From positions 9,110 to 73,109 of IMG/VR virus record IMGVR_UViG_3300027608_000024: DNA of 64,000 bases; one strand, 5' to 3'. This document shows, in pieces, positions 63,110 through 64,000 of this stretch (positions are counted from its first letter, which is position 1; each line of letters starts with the position of its first letter). This DNA is from a virus. A program made the translations under genes and the position numbers. Under the pieces are notes generated by a model that saw only the letters and a list, made by a program, of their open reading frames with translations, ran no database searches and was not told the DNA's origin.

Positions 63110-64000
63110 CTGGTTAAGTCCCGATAAAGCAAACGATGGTCAAGAACACTGGGGTGGCTCAGGTTGGGCTCGTATTGGTCAATATGTCCCAAGCCTCCCT
63201 ATGGCCGCCGCTATTGGGATCTTGGTGTGGAACCGCGATCACTTCTCAATTGCAGATCAGTGGGGCAATCACTACGACCCTGACGTAATCATCATGCAAC
63301 GGTTGATGCACAAAGGCATTGCCGAAAACATTGTTGAGGCACAAAAGTACGGCCAAAAGATTATCAACGATGTAGACGACTGGTACTGGGGCTTATCACC
63401 TCAGAACTATGCTTTTCACGTTAACCACCCTAAGAAGAACCTAACCGAAAACATTGAGTTCTACAAAGCTTCATTAGCCAAGTCTGATCTAATCATTACT
63501 AGTACCCCATACCTGGCTGAGAGGCTTAGCGCCCTAACCAAGTGCCCCATTGAAGTATCAAAGAACACCGTTGACATTGCTAGGTTCCAAACAAAAGAAC
63601 ATACCGACTCGGATGTTCCAGTAGTTGGTTGGGTTGGTAGCACAATCCATAGGAGTGGGGACTTAGAAACTATGAAGGGAATCCTTGGCCCAATGGTCAA
63701 AGACAACCGCATAAGCCTGTACCACGGTGGTGCTATGCCTGGCGGGCCTACGTTTGCTGGCAAGATTGGCGTATCAGATAGTGACGTTACAACTGCTTCC
63801 TTATGCCCATCAGATGAGTACCCAAAGCTAATCACAATGGATGTAGGTATCGTTCCGTTAAATAGCACACCTTTTAACCGCGCCAAGTCAGACATCAAAG
63901 GTTTAGAGTACGCGGCTTCAGGTATTCCGTTTATTGCACAGAATCTTGATGCGTACATTGAACTACAACAATCACTAGGCGTTGGTCGTGTGGCTAAGAA
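63084..64000 (+). CDS. GT-B (GT4-like) glycosyltransferase, partial
   Basis: GGAG RBS; read directly: GGSGWAR, MQR, NDVDD, TSTPYL, VGWVGS..H..DL, PL...FN.AKS.IKGLEYAASGIP; open at the window end. Confidence 0.88.
   Translation, partial: MLLGIASGDWLSPDKANDGQEHWGGSGWARIGQYVPSLPMAAAIGILVWNRDHFSIADQWGNHYDPDVIIMQRLMHKGIAENIVEAQKYGQKIINDVDDWYWGLSPQNYAFHVNHPKKNLTENIEFYKASLAKSDLIITSTPYLAERLSALTKCPIEVSKNTVDIARFQTKEHTDSDVPVVGWVGSTIHRSGDLETMKGILGPMVKDNRISLYHGGAMPGGPTFAGKIGVSDSDVTTASLCPSDEYPKLITMDVGIVPLNSTPFNRAKSDIKGLEYAASGIPFIAQNLDAYIELQQSLGVGRVAK

Noticed and set aside
63461-63958. 165-aa minus-strand ORF
   Set aside because: It is the antisense shadow of the + strand glycosyltransferase.
1-64000. 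tRNA genes or stop-codon reassignment
   Set aside because: I noticed no cloverleaf or T-loop consensus by eye. TAA, TAG and TGA all end genes with tight packing under the standard code.

Overview
This is a 64-kb segment of a large tailed dsDNA phage with a contractile (myovirus-type) tail. The host is probably an Actinomycetota: the phage carries WhiB and has leaderless TANNNT-N6-start genes. Almost all genes are on the + strand. In order, the window holds: a tail-fibre/receptor-binding cluster with an embedded holin-endolysin pair (0.2-8.9 kb); terminase, metallophosphoesterase, portal, scaffold and N4-gp56-type capsid (10-18 kb); neck, sheath, tube, chaperone, tape measure and baseplate (18-35 kb); a small minus-strand dps operon (36-37 kb); a full replication/recombination module with initiator, DnaC, DnaB, primase, SNF2, SSB, PolA, RecA, Cas4-like nuclease and resolvases (37-52 kb); spoVS; a cluster of low-complexity proteins (52-59 kb); then a degenerate TGT-like protein, WhiB, a lytic-transglycosylase lipoprotein and a glycosyltransferase that runs off the end. 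The most notable sequence-level observations are: an intragenic origin with three palindromic iterons around a perfect DnaA box; a switch-like or sRNA-like dps leader; a candidate +1 frameshift at CTT-TTA; a 72-bp LRR array with focused hypervariability; a microhomology deletion scar in the fibre cluster; and a catalytically degenerate TGT-like barrel with a possible TerS-like C-terminus. I saw no tRNA, rRNA, CRISPR array, integrase, reverse transcriptase or intein. Product calls come from motif recognition and synteny, not database searches.
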